Shown one piece after another: positions 25,083-37,400 of a stretch of 64,000 nt of DNA. The position numbers and the translations under genes are program-made. The notes under the pieces were generated by a model. That model saw nothing but the letters and a program-made list of their open reading frames with translations. It made no database searches and had not been told where the DNA came from. This stretch comes from Octopus sinensis (lineage: Eukaryota). The stretch covers positions 6,758,001 through 6,822,000 of the forward strand of contig NC_043004.1 of the NCBI RefSeq assembly GCF_006345805.1. The letters are read 5' to 3'. Within the stretch, counting starts at the first letter, position 1. Each line of letters begins with the position of its first letter.

Positions 25083-25600
25083 CTGAAGCTAGAGACACAT
25101 GGTATGAACACCAGGTCAAAAGAGTGTTGGAGTTAGAGAATTGTAAGTTTCTGTGGGACTTGCCTATTTATATGGACAAGAAGCTAGAAAATAATAGACC
25201 ATACAACAATAACAGACAAGGAAAAGCGAAGTTGCCTGCTAAGTGATCCATCATGTCCGTTTGATTCCAGGATCATTAAGGAAGAAAGCAAAAAACAAAG
25301 GAAAAAAATAATACAACCCATTAAAATTTGAAACAGCAAGAATTTGGAGTATGGAAATTGTAAAGGTTGCACCTATAATAATTGGTGCACTGGGAACTGT
25401 AAAGAAAGATGTAGATGAATGGTTGAAGGAGATTGGAATAGAATGCCCTATAGAGCTTCTACAGAAAACTTGTCTCTAAGGAACAAAAAAGGTTCTAAGC
25501 ACTTGAAAGACTATTGAAAGATTGTGGATATCTAAAGTTACAGGTAGTAACCTGCTACCCACATAAATCCTAGAAATAAGAATGAACCTGGGTGAAACCA
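25083..25600 (+). mobile_element. R4/Dong-clade non-LTR retrotransposon 3' fragment (restriction-like endonuclease region)
   Basis: WYEHQVKRVLE..CKFLWDLPIYMDKKLENNRP..., DPSCPFD, PIIIGALGTV, LLQKTCL*GT. Sits next to an (AAT)n tract, the known Dong target type. Confidence 0.85.
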
Positions 25601-25859
25601 ATGATAATAATAGTATTCATCATCATCATTGTCATCATCATTTCAATATTCATTTTCCATACTTGCATGGGGCAGACACAATCTGTTGGAGCAAATTTTC
25701 TATGGCCAGATGCCCTTCCTGTTGCCAACCCTCACCTGAATCCAAGTAAGGTACCCATTGAGCAGACATATTTTCATGGAAAGTTGGAAATGAAAGACAC
25801 TGACTGTATGATGGTGATGCTCATCTACACCTACTGTACAATGCTAATACAAGGAGACA

Positions 25860-25949
<90 letters not shown>

Positions 25950-26477
25950 TACATACATACATACACACACAGAATTTGTATCTACCAACGCATTGGTTGA
26001 CCCATGACTATGATAGAAGACACTTACCCAAGGTGCCATGCAATGGTACTGAACCCAAGATCAACATGGTTGCAAAGCAAGCTTTACCACACAGTTTTAC
26101 CACACATTATTTCCTTCCTCGATTCTCTGTGTGTGTATGTGTGTGTGTTTTATGTAGAAACAGATATTACATCTGTGAGTGAATGTATGTTTATTAAACA
26201 AACACACATGAACTCGTTCAAAGTTTACATACACACACACACACACACACTGCTGTTTCAGTGATTTACTTTAGCTTTACTAAAAACTCTCTGCCAGTGA
26301 ATTTACTGAAATGCAAATGAATAAAATTTGCCCCTGTTAATCCTTGCATTCATTTCAAGCAAGCTGCTTGCTCACTCTGAGCTGTTAACACAAGTAGACA
26401 TTCCTGATGAAATGGCAATAACCTGTCAAAACTAGACTACAGAGAGCAAGGTCTTTTTACACAGGTTCAATGTATTC

Positions 26478-26838
26478 TTTGTTTCAGTCATTTGACTGTG
26501 GCCATGCTGGAGCATCACCTTTTAGCCAAACAAATCAACCCCAGGACTTATTCTTTGTAAGCCTAGTACTTATTCTATCGGTCTCTTTTTCTGAATTGCT
26601 AAGTTACAGGGATGTAAACACACCAACATTGGTTGTCAAGTGATGCTGGGGGCACAAACACACATACATATATATATATATATGACAGGCTTCTTTCAGT
26701 TTCCGTCTACCAAATCCACCCACAAGGCTTTGGTTGGCCTGAGGCTATAGTAGAAGACACTTGCCCAAGGTGCCACACAGTGGGACCAAACCCAGAGCCA
26801 TGTGGTTTGTAAGCAACCTACTCTCCACACAACCACTC
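26478..26838 (-). mobile_element. SINE A
   Basis: Homology to family A. Confidence 0.88.
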
Positions 26839-26900
26839 TTCAATGTTTGATAAATGTGTGTGTGTACTGTGTGCAGACAAGTACCAATGTCCCATGTGGC

Positions 26901-26947
26901 GGGTTTGACAATGCTGAGGATTCTCAGCATGAAACCAATGGTAGCCT
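26901..26947 (+). ncRNA. Decayed type I hammerhead ribozyme motif
   Basis: GGGT-TTGACAA-TGCTGAG(GATT)CTCAGCA-T-GAAAC-CAATG-GTA-GCCT. The three stems are retained but the core carries C3U and G8A changes. Confidence 0.55.
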
Positions 26948-27076
26948 TGTTAAGCCACAAATAAAGAATATTTATCCACCAATGTGGTACTGAGCAATCA
27001 TTCTCACTGTTTGATATTAGCGTATATGTATGTGTATATATATATAAATGATTATATTGTCACCTTGGACAAGTGT

Positions 27077-27122
<46 letters not shown>

Positions 27123-27234
27123 AACCCCAGTTTGGTCAATACCTTGTGAGTGGATTTAGTAGATAATATATATATATAAATATATGTAAGCATATAACCC
27201 AACAATGGAGTGATTATGCAGTACCTTGAATTGA

Positions 27235-27870
27235 TTAAAATCTTCGAATTTTATCATTTCCCAATATTCCAAAATGCGTATATGCTTTTGAATTTAAAGG
27301 ATTTGCTATTCTGACCATCAGGTAGATAGATCCATTCCAGCAGTTTTTATAATACCCACCAAATTCCCTCTCCATCACAGCATATCTCCTGATATTGAAT
27401 GTCGTCCCAATGTTGTTATTAAATATTCTTATGGTTTCCGCTAAAGAATCTGATTGATTCTCGTCTTTACCATAAGGCTTTAAACTGTCTATGAAAAGCA
27501 GATGTTTCACTTTTTGTATATTCTTTCCCAGTGAATATCCTTCTTTAGCTCTGTTTAGAATAATCGACAAAGAGATTAGTGCTATTACCAACGAGGTAGC
27601 AGAGACTGTCTCCTTGAAAGATCCCTCTTCAAATCTCTTCATCTGTTAATCTTTCTCTTTCTGTTGATTACTCTCCAATGTTGCTTTGGTTTTTTCCAAC
27701 AGACATTAACTTTTTACAATGCTCGATCCATGAGTAGAGAACTAGGTCAGATGCTGTGCTCTAATCGATCCATGGATTTGTCATTCTCATCTAATACCTC
27801 AAGAACATCTGATTAATCATTAATTGGGCTTTTATTTGCTTGCTCCGTTTTTTTTTTTTGACAGCCTCTT
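27235..27870 (-). mobile_element. R4/Dong-clade reverse transcriptase fragment, decayed
   Basis: VIALISLSIILNRAKEGYSL..KVKHLLFIDSLKPYGKDENQSDSLAETIRIFNNNIG, matching the HLLFMDDLKLY RT motif. Confidence 0.85.
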
Positions 27871-28623
27871 TGCATTATATGCATGATGTATGCGTGTGCA
27901 TGTGTGTGTGTATATTAGTCATGAGGGTATGTATGTGTACATGTATGCATATGTATATGCATGTGTGTAGATATATGTACAGGTGTATACAAGATTGAAA
28001 TGTTAAGAACTATAAATGGACCTTTGGCTGTAAGATTGTTCAATCACTTTTTCTTGAAGTTCACACACCAACAAAAATGACCTATCATTCCTTCATAATG
28101 ACAATAACATAATGGTAATCATACAACATACTGATTAATTCATATTTCCCTGTTAAACTTGGTTTTGAGACTAACAAAAAGCAAAACAATAGTTTAGAAG
28201 AAAATATTGAAGTATTTGAAGACTCAGGCTTTCTGGAATCTTTGCAATTAACTGGACACTGTGGTGCATATATAATCAAAGCTGGATGGCTTGAATTTTA
28301 TAAGAAATATGGTGGTGAGCTATATTTCATGTGAAATTTGAAAATTAGTTGAGTGTAGGCGTTATCCCCAGTCTGTACACGTGTATAATTGTGTTTTTGT
28401 GTACTTGTAATCAATGAAATTAAAAACCAGCAAACTTCTTTTCAATTTAATTTACTGTATTAGATGCATACCAATTTCAGCAGTGCATATCCAAGAAAAA
28501 GTGAATGTAAGAGACAAAAGTAGCTTATGGGAAACCTGACTTCACATAGAGGACTTAAGATAATTTTTTTGACACATCTTTATAGAAAAAAAAAGAGCAA
28601 CAAATATGTGTAACAACTTACAC

Positions 28624-28685
<62 letters not shown>

Positions 28686-28689
28686 GTAT

Positions 28690-28888
28690 ATTATGCGTTG
28701 CCATGATTGACCATTAAATCCACAAGTTTTCTTTTTATTCTCTCTGTTTATTTCTTCATGTTCTTTTCTGTTGAAAAGTAGGCTTGAAATATAAAAGACT
28801 TTCTCACCTTCCCAAGCGTCAAACTAATACACCTGCTTGTTGTTTATACACCTGTCTTTGTGTTGTTTTTCTGTAAATTTCAACAATA
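28690..28888 (+). mobile_element. Second copy of the 3547-3730 hammerhead-bearing element
   Basis: Follows a long (TA)n tract. Aligns by eye with the reverse complement of 3547-3730 (shared CAGGTG, TGTATTAGT and AAGTCTTTTA blocks). Confidence 0.6.
28763..28798 (+). ncRNA. Decayed minimal hammerhead motif, same family as 3652-3688
   Basis: CTTTT-CTGTTGA-A-AAG(TAGG)CTT-GAAAT-ATA-AAAGA. Flanks align with the reverse complement of 3547-3730. Confidence 0.55.
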
Positions 28889-29672
28889 TATGTGTGTGTG
28901 TGTGTTATTTCATTATTCTATATAATTGTATTTAAGTAGTAGAAGAAATATTATTATAATTGATAGAATAAAGATGTAATAATTAATGTTAAGCTAACAT
29001 AGATTATTATTGAATGGTAATCAATGTTAAATTAACTTAGATATACTTTAGTGAAATAATGATTTTTTTTCATGCTCACTATGTCCAGAATGTTTAAATA
29101 ACTATCACAGAAGAAAAAAGTGTCATTATATTTAATTCAATAAGACTATAACAATGGTCAAATTTTACCCAACATCCAATCAAATCACTCCAAAAATAAT
29201 GACTAGGAAAAAAAAAAATAATCAATAAATATAATGTGCTTATAAATCTGTTCAAAACTGAAGGACATTGCTTTCTCTTCCTTCTGAGAGAAGACAATAT
29301 CTAGTATTCCCTCTTGTTTCTTATCTCTTTGTGCTGTCCAATTTGATGGATAGGCTAGCTGAAAGGTTTCTCCTTTTTTTTTTCCTTTTTTCCACATGGC
29401 AAAGTATTTTCCTCCCTACTGATTCCAGTGAAAGAGTGAATTCCTCTCATTCTCTTCTACTATTTCTCTCAAGATAATCAGCTTATCTCTTATTTATTTA
29501 ACCATTTCATAATAAAGTTTAAAAGACCAAAATCCAAGAGTATTGTGCTTAAATCTGCATGATTTACAAAATGTTATATAAAACAGGAAAAAAATAATCA
29601 TAATTATAAATTGGGGTTTTGGAGAATGTGACCTTCATACTTTTGCATTCAATAAGCATAAATGTGTATGTG

Positions 29673-29724
<52 letters not shown>

Positions 29725-29777
29725 TAAAAATGGTAAGATAACAAAAGAAAGAAAGAGACCTCAATATTATGTAGCCA

Positions 29778-29838
29778 AGATAAAACTCTGAGTTTCGGAT
29801 GCCGAGGTGGAAATCCACACCACTATCTTTTCAGTTAT
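29778..29838 (-). ncRNA. Decayed hammerhead motif (inverted copy of 30493-30554)
   Basis: Minus strand: ATAA-CTGAAAA-GATAGTGGTGTGGATTTCCACCTCGGCATCC-GAAAC-TCAGA-GTT-TTATCT. G8A core change. Confidence 0.6.
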
Positions 29839-30492
29839 ACAGCCATCGGAAAAACGCTATGAAAAATGACCGTTATACAATGGGAAATTATTGTGTTATT
29901 GACCGCTATTTAGACAAAAGAGCTATTTGAATGACCGCTAATTAAGGTAAGGGGGTAAAAAGTTCATAGTATACGCGTAAGTGCGCCTGTTCATACATAC
30001 ACATGTGCACCTGCACACCCACGTGCGTACGCATACATTCATCCACCCTCACTAGAAAAACGTACACATCTTCACTTGCATCTTTCGCCAAATGTATATG
30101 CATATACATACAAACCCCCCCACACACATGCACACTGTAAAAGTTCATACATACGTCTACATATGCACAAGCACAAGAAAAAACAGGGTTAAGGGTAATA
30201 CAGAAAAAAGGCATAAGGAAGTATACAAAGAGTAAACCACATTCATATACGGACATACCCTTATGCACGCACACGCACGCATGCCCATATATGCACATAC
30301 CCGCACACGTCTATATATGCATACACACACACACGCACAAAAAGGATTAAACATACGTGTATACTATGAAATTTTTACCCCCTTATATTAATTAGCAGTC
30401 ATTCAAATAGCTCTTTTGTCTTAATAACGGTCAATAACACAGTAATTTCCCTTTGTATAACGGTCATTTTTCATAGTGTTTTTCCGATGGTT

Positions 30493-30554
30493 GGATAACT
30501 GAAGAGATGGTGATGTGGATTTCCATCTCGGCATCGAAACTCAGAGTTTTATCT
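30493..30554 (+). ncRNA. Type I hammerhead ribozyme motif with canonical core
   Basis: GGATAA-CTGAAGA-GATG...CATC-GAAAC-TCAGA-GTT-TTATCT: stem I GATAA/TTATC, G10.1-C11.1 pair, long imperfect stem II, near-palindromic helix III ACTC-A-GAGT, GUU triplet. Confidence 0.85.
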
Positions 30555-30702
30555 TGGCTACCGAATAATTGTCACATATTACATTTACAGATATATATAT
30601 TGTCAGTTTAAGGTATAAGAGAATAGATGGTCTTTTAATATTTTGGAAATAAATTCAGCATCAGGTGAAATTAATATTTTATATATCAACTACATGAACA
30701 GT

Positions 30703-30900
30703 AGTCATCAACATCATCTGGTCCAGCTTGTTCAGACGTTTTTAACATGCATACACCAACATCTTGGTCGTGCATTAGATGAGGGAAGCCTTCGGGGAGG
30801 CATCCAGTCTCTGGTGAATTGCCCTATATACATTGTATTCAGATGACCTGTTCAAGTACAGCCATGTTTTGGCATCCATAGCAGTAGGTCACTTGCCAGC
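30703..30900 (-). mobile_element. RTE-type LINE 3' end
   Basis: LASDLLLWMPKHG..G..TMYIGQF..GCLPEGFPHLMHDQD followed by a (TGA)n-like tail. Confidence 0.7.
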
Positions 30901-30958
30901 AGTAAATGCTCAGAACATAAAAAAAAAGTTTTTTCCCCAGGAAACACTCTAGTAAATA

Positions 30959-31145
30959 CTGTATTTTATGGCATATAACATGCACATTTTCTCTAAAAAA
31001 AAAAAAATCTCAAAAAATCATTCTGGGCCCTGTATATGAAGTTGGGTATATTACATGGTTAAATGTACTAAAAATCTTTTTCGTGAATATACACTGCTGA
31101 ACTTAGGATACAGCTAACATGCCCTTCTATGCCATGAAACCACAG
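30959..31145. mobile_element. Tc2/pogo-like MITE, decayed
   Basis: TA-CTGTATTTTATGGCATA ... TATGCCATGAAACCACAG-TA terminal inverted repeats. Confidence 0.5.
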
Positions 31146-32699
31146 TAGGATGAAATACTGTTAAATAGAAATGAGACTAAGTGTAAGCCAAAGCAAATAG
31201 ATATTTATTGAACATGACCCTTTTGAAGCCTACAATAGTTACCTCTACCAAGATTTGAACATACAGCTATGAGATACTGGAATCTGGCGATAGTAGCCAG
31301 GTAATATTAGATGAATCATGATAAGCATCAGAAAACATGATTTGGAAGCTAGTAAAATCTATAGAAAAATATATCAAGAAGGAATTTTTTTTACCTCACT
31401 TAGATTAAATCTAAAATATTTTGGAATCACCTTAAGTAAGTTGTAATTGATAAATATGAATAAGAAGTAGTATTCGGTGAGTGGAGATGCCTTTTTAAAC
31501 TTAATATAAATTTCATATCTATATTTTCCCTTCAGTAAACATTGAAGTTAGTTTTCATTTAATTAGCTTGTAAAAGGATATTTCAGCCAAATACACTAAA
31601 TTTGATTTAATACTGGAAGAAATATTAGCAGCTTCCTGTTTATAGAATATGAAAGAAGGTATCCAGTGAGAGGTTTTGAATAGTATAGAACTGCAGAGGC
31701 TTAGATAGAAATCATTCATAAGAAGAATTGATGACAAGAAAGAAAAAAAGATATCCATTTTCTCTATGATTATCTAACATCAGATAAAATATACAGTGTT
31801 CGTTGAATTTAGGTAAAGCGAGGCTTATTAGCATGTAAAATAGTCAAGTGTGATATCACTGCTATCATCTGCAGACTCGTTCAATATTAAGACCAAGTTA
31901 GATGGAGATAACAAACAGTAAGTCAAATGTGTGTAACAGAAAATCTATAAACCTGACAACTATACAATGCCCATAGTGGACATTGTATAACTGTCATGTA
32001 TTTTTGGAAGCAATTGAAATATTTGTCAAGTTAGACAGACAGCACCCTAAAGCATTCAAATGTATGTTGTTCTCCACAATACCTATATTTACAGCTAGGC
32101 AGTCTGTGCTACAAGCAGTAGAGTATTTTTACTGTACTGTAACATTAGATAGAAATACATAAAACCAATGAGGAAAACTCTAGGTGGTCCTCTGACCTAC
32201 TAAATCTCTTCTAAATGACACATTAAATAATGTAGACTAACATATTACCACGAAAAAGGCAGGGTAGCTATGGCTGGGGTATCTTCGATTGTAAGTCTGC
32301 TTCACCTGAGGTTAACCAATTCCAACAACTAGAAACAGAACATTAAGTGTTAATTGTGTAACAGTTAATTGTTACTCTTTTGGCAGCATCATCAAGATAT
32401 GATGCAACAATTCCTATACTAGAATATATGTAGTTTGAATGGTGAGGTTATTGCCTTCATTTTCTATTAAGCATCAGCATAATTCTTAACATAAACTACA
32501 TGGAGGAACCAACTACAGCATTAAAAAAGATGTATTCCCATAACTTTACTAATATTTACTGCATCATGATCATCATCATCACCCAGATTGCTGTATCTCA
32601 ACCAGGGCCCTTGGGTGTCCATATAGAATTGTTGTAGTTAAAATCAATGTGCAATAAATTGGTTATGCTTCTGCAATATCCAAAATACATTTTCCTTTT

Positions 32700-32837
32700 T
32701 ATTTTTTACTTGTTTCAGTCATATGACTGTGGCCATGCTGGAGCATCACCTTTAGTCAAACAAATCAACCCCAAGACTTATTCTTTGTAAGTCTAGTACT
32801 TTATCGCTCTCAAGCGATGGGGGGGGGTCAAACACAG

Positions 32838-32887
<50 letters not shown>

Positions 32888-33539
32888 ATATATATCGAAA
32901 TTGCTTGTGAAGACCCATTGAGGCAAGTGAGGATCAGAATCGAAATCGATCAATGGAAATCGATCAATGGAAATTGCAGATGTGTTACCAGTGCCGGTGG
33001 CATGTAAGAGAACTTTCCGTTTCGCGACCGTTGCCAGCACCGCCCCGTTTCGTGTCCGTTGCCAGCCTCGCCTGGCCCTCGTGCCGGTGGCACATAAAAA
33101 GCACCATCCGTTCGTGGCCGTTTGCCAGCTCTGTCTGGTACCAGTGCGGGTGGCACGTAAAAAGCACCCACTACACTCACGGAGTGATTGGCGTTAGGAA
33201 GGGCATCCAGCCGTAGAAACACTGCCAGATTTGACTGGGCCTGATGAAGCCTTCTGGCTTCACAGACCCCAGTAGAACCGTCCAACCCATGCTAGCATGG
33301 AAAACGGACGCTAAATGATGATGATGATGATATATATATATATATATATATATATAGGTTTATTATATATATATATGTATATGGCAGGCTTCTTTCAGTT
33401 TCCGTCTACCAAATCCACTCACAAGGTTTTGGTTGGCCCAAGACCATAGCAGAAGACACTTATCCAAGATGCCACGCAGTGGGACTTAACCCAGAACCAT
33501 GTGATTGATAAGCAAGCTACTTACCACACAACCACTCCA
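32700..33539 (-). mobile_element. SINE A interrupted by SINE C
   Basis: Tail 32700-32850, head 33380-33539. Confidence 0.85.
32897..33331 (+). mobile_element. SINE family C with RTE-like (GAT)n tail
   Basis: GTTAGGAAGGGCATCCAGC...AACCCATGCTAGCATGGAAAACGGACG..(GAT)n. CpG-rich, so probably young. Related pieces at ~4390-4570, 10040-10222, 10345-10523, 13268-13440, 19290-19445, 25610-25860, 33895-34050, 44440-44628, 54888-55100, 56348-56500, 56630-56842 and 60230-60440. Confidence 0.85.
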
Positions 33540-33569
33540 CAATTATTTTTAGACAATTCCTAATAATAT

Positions 33570-33798
33570 TTAACTCATTTGTTACCAACCCGACTGAAAC
33601 TGGCTCTGGCTCTGTAGTACAAATGTTTTGTTTTCATAAGTTTTGAATTAAAATCTTCCACCAAACCTTAGTCACAATTTATGTTCTTAATACTAGCTGA
33701 ATGATAACCAAGTTATTTTACTAAATTCTTTCTTATATTTAAAGTAACTGAAAGAAACACAGAGTATCTCAGAATAAATACAGTAACGAAAGGGTTAA
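33570..33798 (-). mobile_element. piggyBac-type MITE family 2
   Basis: TTAACTCATTTGTTAC ... GTAACGAAAGGGTTAA with TTAA at both ends. Confidence 0.75.
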
Positions 33799-34329
33799 TT
33801 ATGAAAATATAATAGGATTTTTTTAAAGCATTGAATAAGAATTAAAGGGAATCCACAGGTAAAAAGTGTTTGAGAACCTTAGCACATCATTTTCATCATC
33901 ATCATCATGTAATGAATATTTTCCATGCCAGCAGAGATTGAACAGATTGACAGGACCCAGTGAGCTGTAAGGACTGCATTGAGCCCAAATATCAGCTTTG
34001 GCATGGTTTCCACAGCTGGATGATCTTCCTAATGCCAACCACTTTAGAGTGGGCCCCTGTGTGTTCTAAATATTACAGGTATCAAGGTATTTATAAAAGA
34101 AATAATAATTACACAGGTTAAACTAAAACAACACTAATTCCTGATGGAGAAATTTAAAGAACAAGGAAAATTTTGGAAAGTAAAAGAGTGTATACACCTA
34201 AATATGGTTGCAATAATAATCATTGTCAAGAAATTCTTCAATGCATCTCTTTGTTTTTCTTTTCTTTCTTATAATGAGGACAAAATTAGAGATCAGTTAT
34301 TTTTTGTATGTGTATACATGTGTGTGCAT

Positions 34330-34523
34330 ATGTGTGTGCATATAAATGTATGTGTATATATATATGTATAAATAAATGTATGTGTGTGTAATTATGTGTG
34401 AGTTTATATATATATACATGCATGCATATATTATTTATATGAAAGATGAGGGATAAAATAAATCATATATATATATATATGTACATGCACACACACATAT
34501 ATATATATATATATATGTACATG

Positions 34524-34554
<31 letters not shown>

Positions 34555-34559
34555 TATAT

Positions 34560-34625
<66 letters not shown>

Positions 34626-34645
34626 AACATATATATTATTATATA
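34330..34645. repeat. Compound (TA)n/(CA)n microsatellite block (one example of many)
   Basis: Read directly. Similar blocks at 770-1290, 6357-6445, 25862-25970, 28626-28682, 60445-60641 and 61857-61985; trinucleotide tracts at 1-330, 36685-36770, 40093-40175 and 57735-57865. Confidence 0.95.
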
Positions 34646-35084
34646 TTTAATTGAGAGAGAAGGAATAAAGTAAACAATACATGACCTCTTGCTTTGTCAA
34701 TGTCTTCACCAACTGTCAAACTGTCCAAGTCATCAATTGATTCATTAAAAATTATGAGAAAAACCAGAAGAGCCTTCTCAGCTAAATGCCATATAAAACA
34801 TGTCACTCTTTACCTAAAAGAGATTTATTAAGAAAAGATCAAATAGGTAACCTATTTCTTCTAGAAAGCAAAACTCTTCAGAGACAGATGGTATCTTTAT
34901 ATCACAGTTCAAAATATATCCCTTTCAGTATTTATGTATATACCAATGCAACCTTATACAAGCACACACACATTCATTGATGATATTAAATTGACTGAGA
35001 CTTCAAAGTTTTGGTCATCAACAGCTTATTCAATCCGGTTGGATCAGTCACTGGAGGCAAAACTTGAATTCTCAGTCACATCTA

Positions 35085-35388
35085 TGTTTTACTCATTTTG
35101 GCTACTGGGCTGAGGCCATGCTGGAGCATTTCCTTGAAGGGTTTAGTTGAACAAACTGACCCCAGTACTTACAAACACTGGTTGTCGAATGGCAACAGGG
35201 GACAAACACACACATTTATGAGGAGCTTCCACACAGTTTCCATCTACTAGATTCACTCAGGAGGTACACGTAGGTCTGGGGCTACAGTAAAAGACACTTT
35301 GCCCATGGTGCTGTGCAGTGAGATCGAACCCAAAACCACAAGGTTCCAAAGTGAGTTTTTTTTTTAATTACACAGTAATGTTTGTGCC
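35085..35388 (-). mobile_element. SINE A, diverged
   Basis: Homology to family A. Confidence 0.75.
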
Positions 35389-36974
35389 TACAAATCTGTA
35401 TTATCAATAAATTTTATTCTACTAAATGTCGATAGAATCCCCATGAATAAATGCTTTGTTTTCAGTAATTACACATGCACACATACAAATATGGGCTGTA
35501 GACAAAGCAGTATGGTAAAACTTGACTGATTTGATCTTACTGCATGGCAACTTGGGCCAGTGTCTTCTGCCATAGTCTCATGGATGTGATCTGATTTTGG
35601 GTGATTCACTTGCTATTTCTAGCAGATCAAATGACAACAGAGAAACTCCATTAGTGGCCAGTTAACTGCAATATGTGAGCTGACTTGTTTGATGGCAGAT
35701 TTGGAATTTACAGTACAAAGAAGTCGCAAAGTAAAAGACTTTTGATTCAAATAACTAAATTCTGTGTACAATCTTCTAAAGTTAAGATGAAGTGAAACAT
35801 AAGAAAAGTGGTTTTAATAGCAGTTTTAAGTTTTCACATCAGCATAGCTAATGAATTTTGTTGATAAATTTAAAGCTTGTTGTTTTACTGCAACAAATGA
35901 AAAAGACATAGAAATAAAGGATATAAATCTAAACAATATCGCCTTTGAAAGTTTCATAATATAATTCTGAATAGATTGGTCGCTGTTTTAATCCCAGTAA
36001 AAGCAGGAAAGGAAAAAAAAGTGAAAGAAAAACAGTTGCTGCTCATTTGCTCATTGCCATTAGGAATTTTGATTAACCTACTTCTGTCTCTAGAAAACTG
36101 AAGCAGGAAAATTACTTCCTCTTTGCTGAACAGTATGAACACAGAGGTTTCCTTAAAAACTTAATATACTGTTTACAGAAATAAGCAAATGACACACAAG
36201 CATGTGTTTTGCTTTTCGACTATCTCATTCAGTTGATGTATTTACTGGAAATACATCTGACAAAATTCAAGTATTTCACCACAAAGAGTATTTATTTCTG
36301 TTGAAGAATTTTTACTGCTAGGCTGTTCAATTTCATTCGGGTCCTTATCAAACATTTTGCCTGTTAGCTAGCTTTGCTGTTGTTCAATTGTATAAGACTG
36401 GCTAAACAGTGAAATATTTGATATGGGAGACTGTTGTTAAGTCACACACACACACACATACAAATTTCTTAGATTTTGCATTGCCTATTGGAATTGATGG
36501 TGAATTTTTTTTTTCAGTTAGTTTCATTTATTATTGGTACAAAAAAAGGAAAAAAAAGGAAAAGGAAATTATATGTTCATAGTCATTTTTTAGTAAAACA
36601 TTAAGACTTCACTAAGATGGATTTGATATTCATGAAAATAAAATATGTTTTTAAGAATAATTATGATCAATAAATAAAATTAATAAAATAATAATAATAA
36701 TAATAATAAAAATGATAATAATAATAATAATAATAATGATAATAAAAATAATAATAACAACAACCACCACCAGTAATATGGATGTGTTGTCTGCCAAACA
36801 GAGTTTAACAGAAAGCAGATACTGCATACTAACTCTCTTCCTTTCAGATGCAGAAGGCAAACATCAAACAACCCACTCACCACCGGAAACTACCCTCCCC
36901 CCCCCTTTTCCTATCAGATATAAAACTTCATGGCTGTTACCATCAATATTGGCATGATGAAAGGTAAAACTGGA

Positions 36975-37400
36975 AAGATTTTAGAAATGCTGGGGTGGAG
37001 TTAAGTAAATATTTGCTACGAGATTGAGGGGAGCTTCAGCTAGATTCCCCATGAATAAGGAAAGGAACATAAGTACAGATTTTGTCTGCTGCCAGTGGAG
37101 CAGACATGTTGTTGGCACAGAAATGGATAAAGTAAGTGAGGTAGTCAGCATTTGTGACAGAATAATCAAGCTTAGCCGAGTCATGGATAAAGTGACAGAA
37201 ACCATTATCACAGCATTTATGTCTCCTCCCATCTCTTGCAGAGTAACTTGGTAACAAATGCCAGTGACCTCATGATTGTAGGTAGTGACTTTGATGGATA
37301 TGCTTGAGCAACACTGTGATGGCTACTCTGGCATGCATGAAGGCTATGGATATGATATGAAAAAGGAGGAGGGATCAAGGTGCTTGTTGCAATCTAATCC
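36975..37400 (-). mobile_element. Possible decayed LINE APE endonuclease fragment
   Basis: FMHARVA, GDINA and LSQML..LT pieces resemble CR1/Jockey APE motifs (GDFNA). Confidence 0.35.

Larger units (their letters stand above)
29771..30561. repeat. Long inverted repeat (arms 29771-29979 and 30354-30561), each arm with a hammerhead motif; (TA)n-flanked
   Basis: About 208-bp arms that are reverse complements, with a ~375-bp CA-rich spacer. Confidence 0.92.

Noticed and set aside
33237-33270. CTGATGA-AGCC(TTCT)GGCT in SINE C
   Set aside because: Followed by TCAC instead of GAAA; a chance variant of the SINE sequence.
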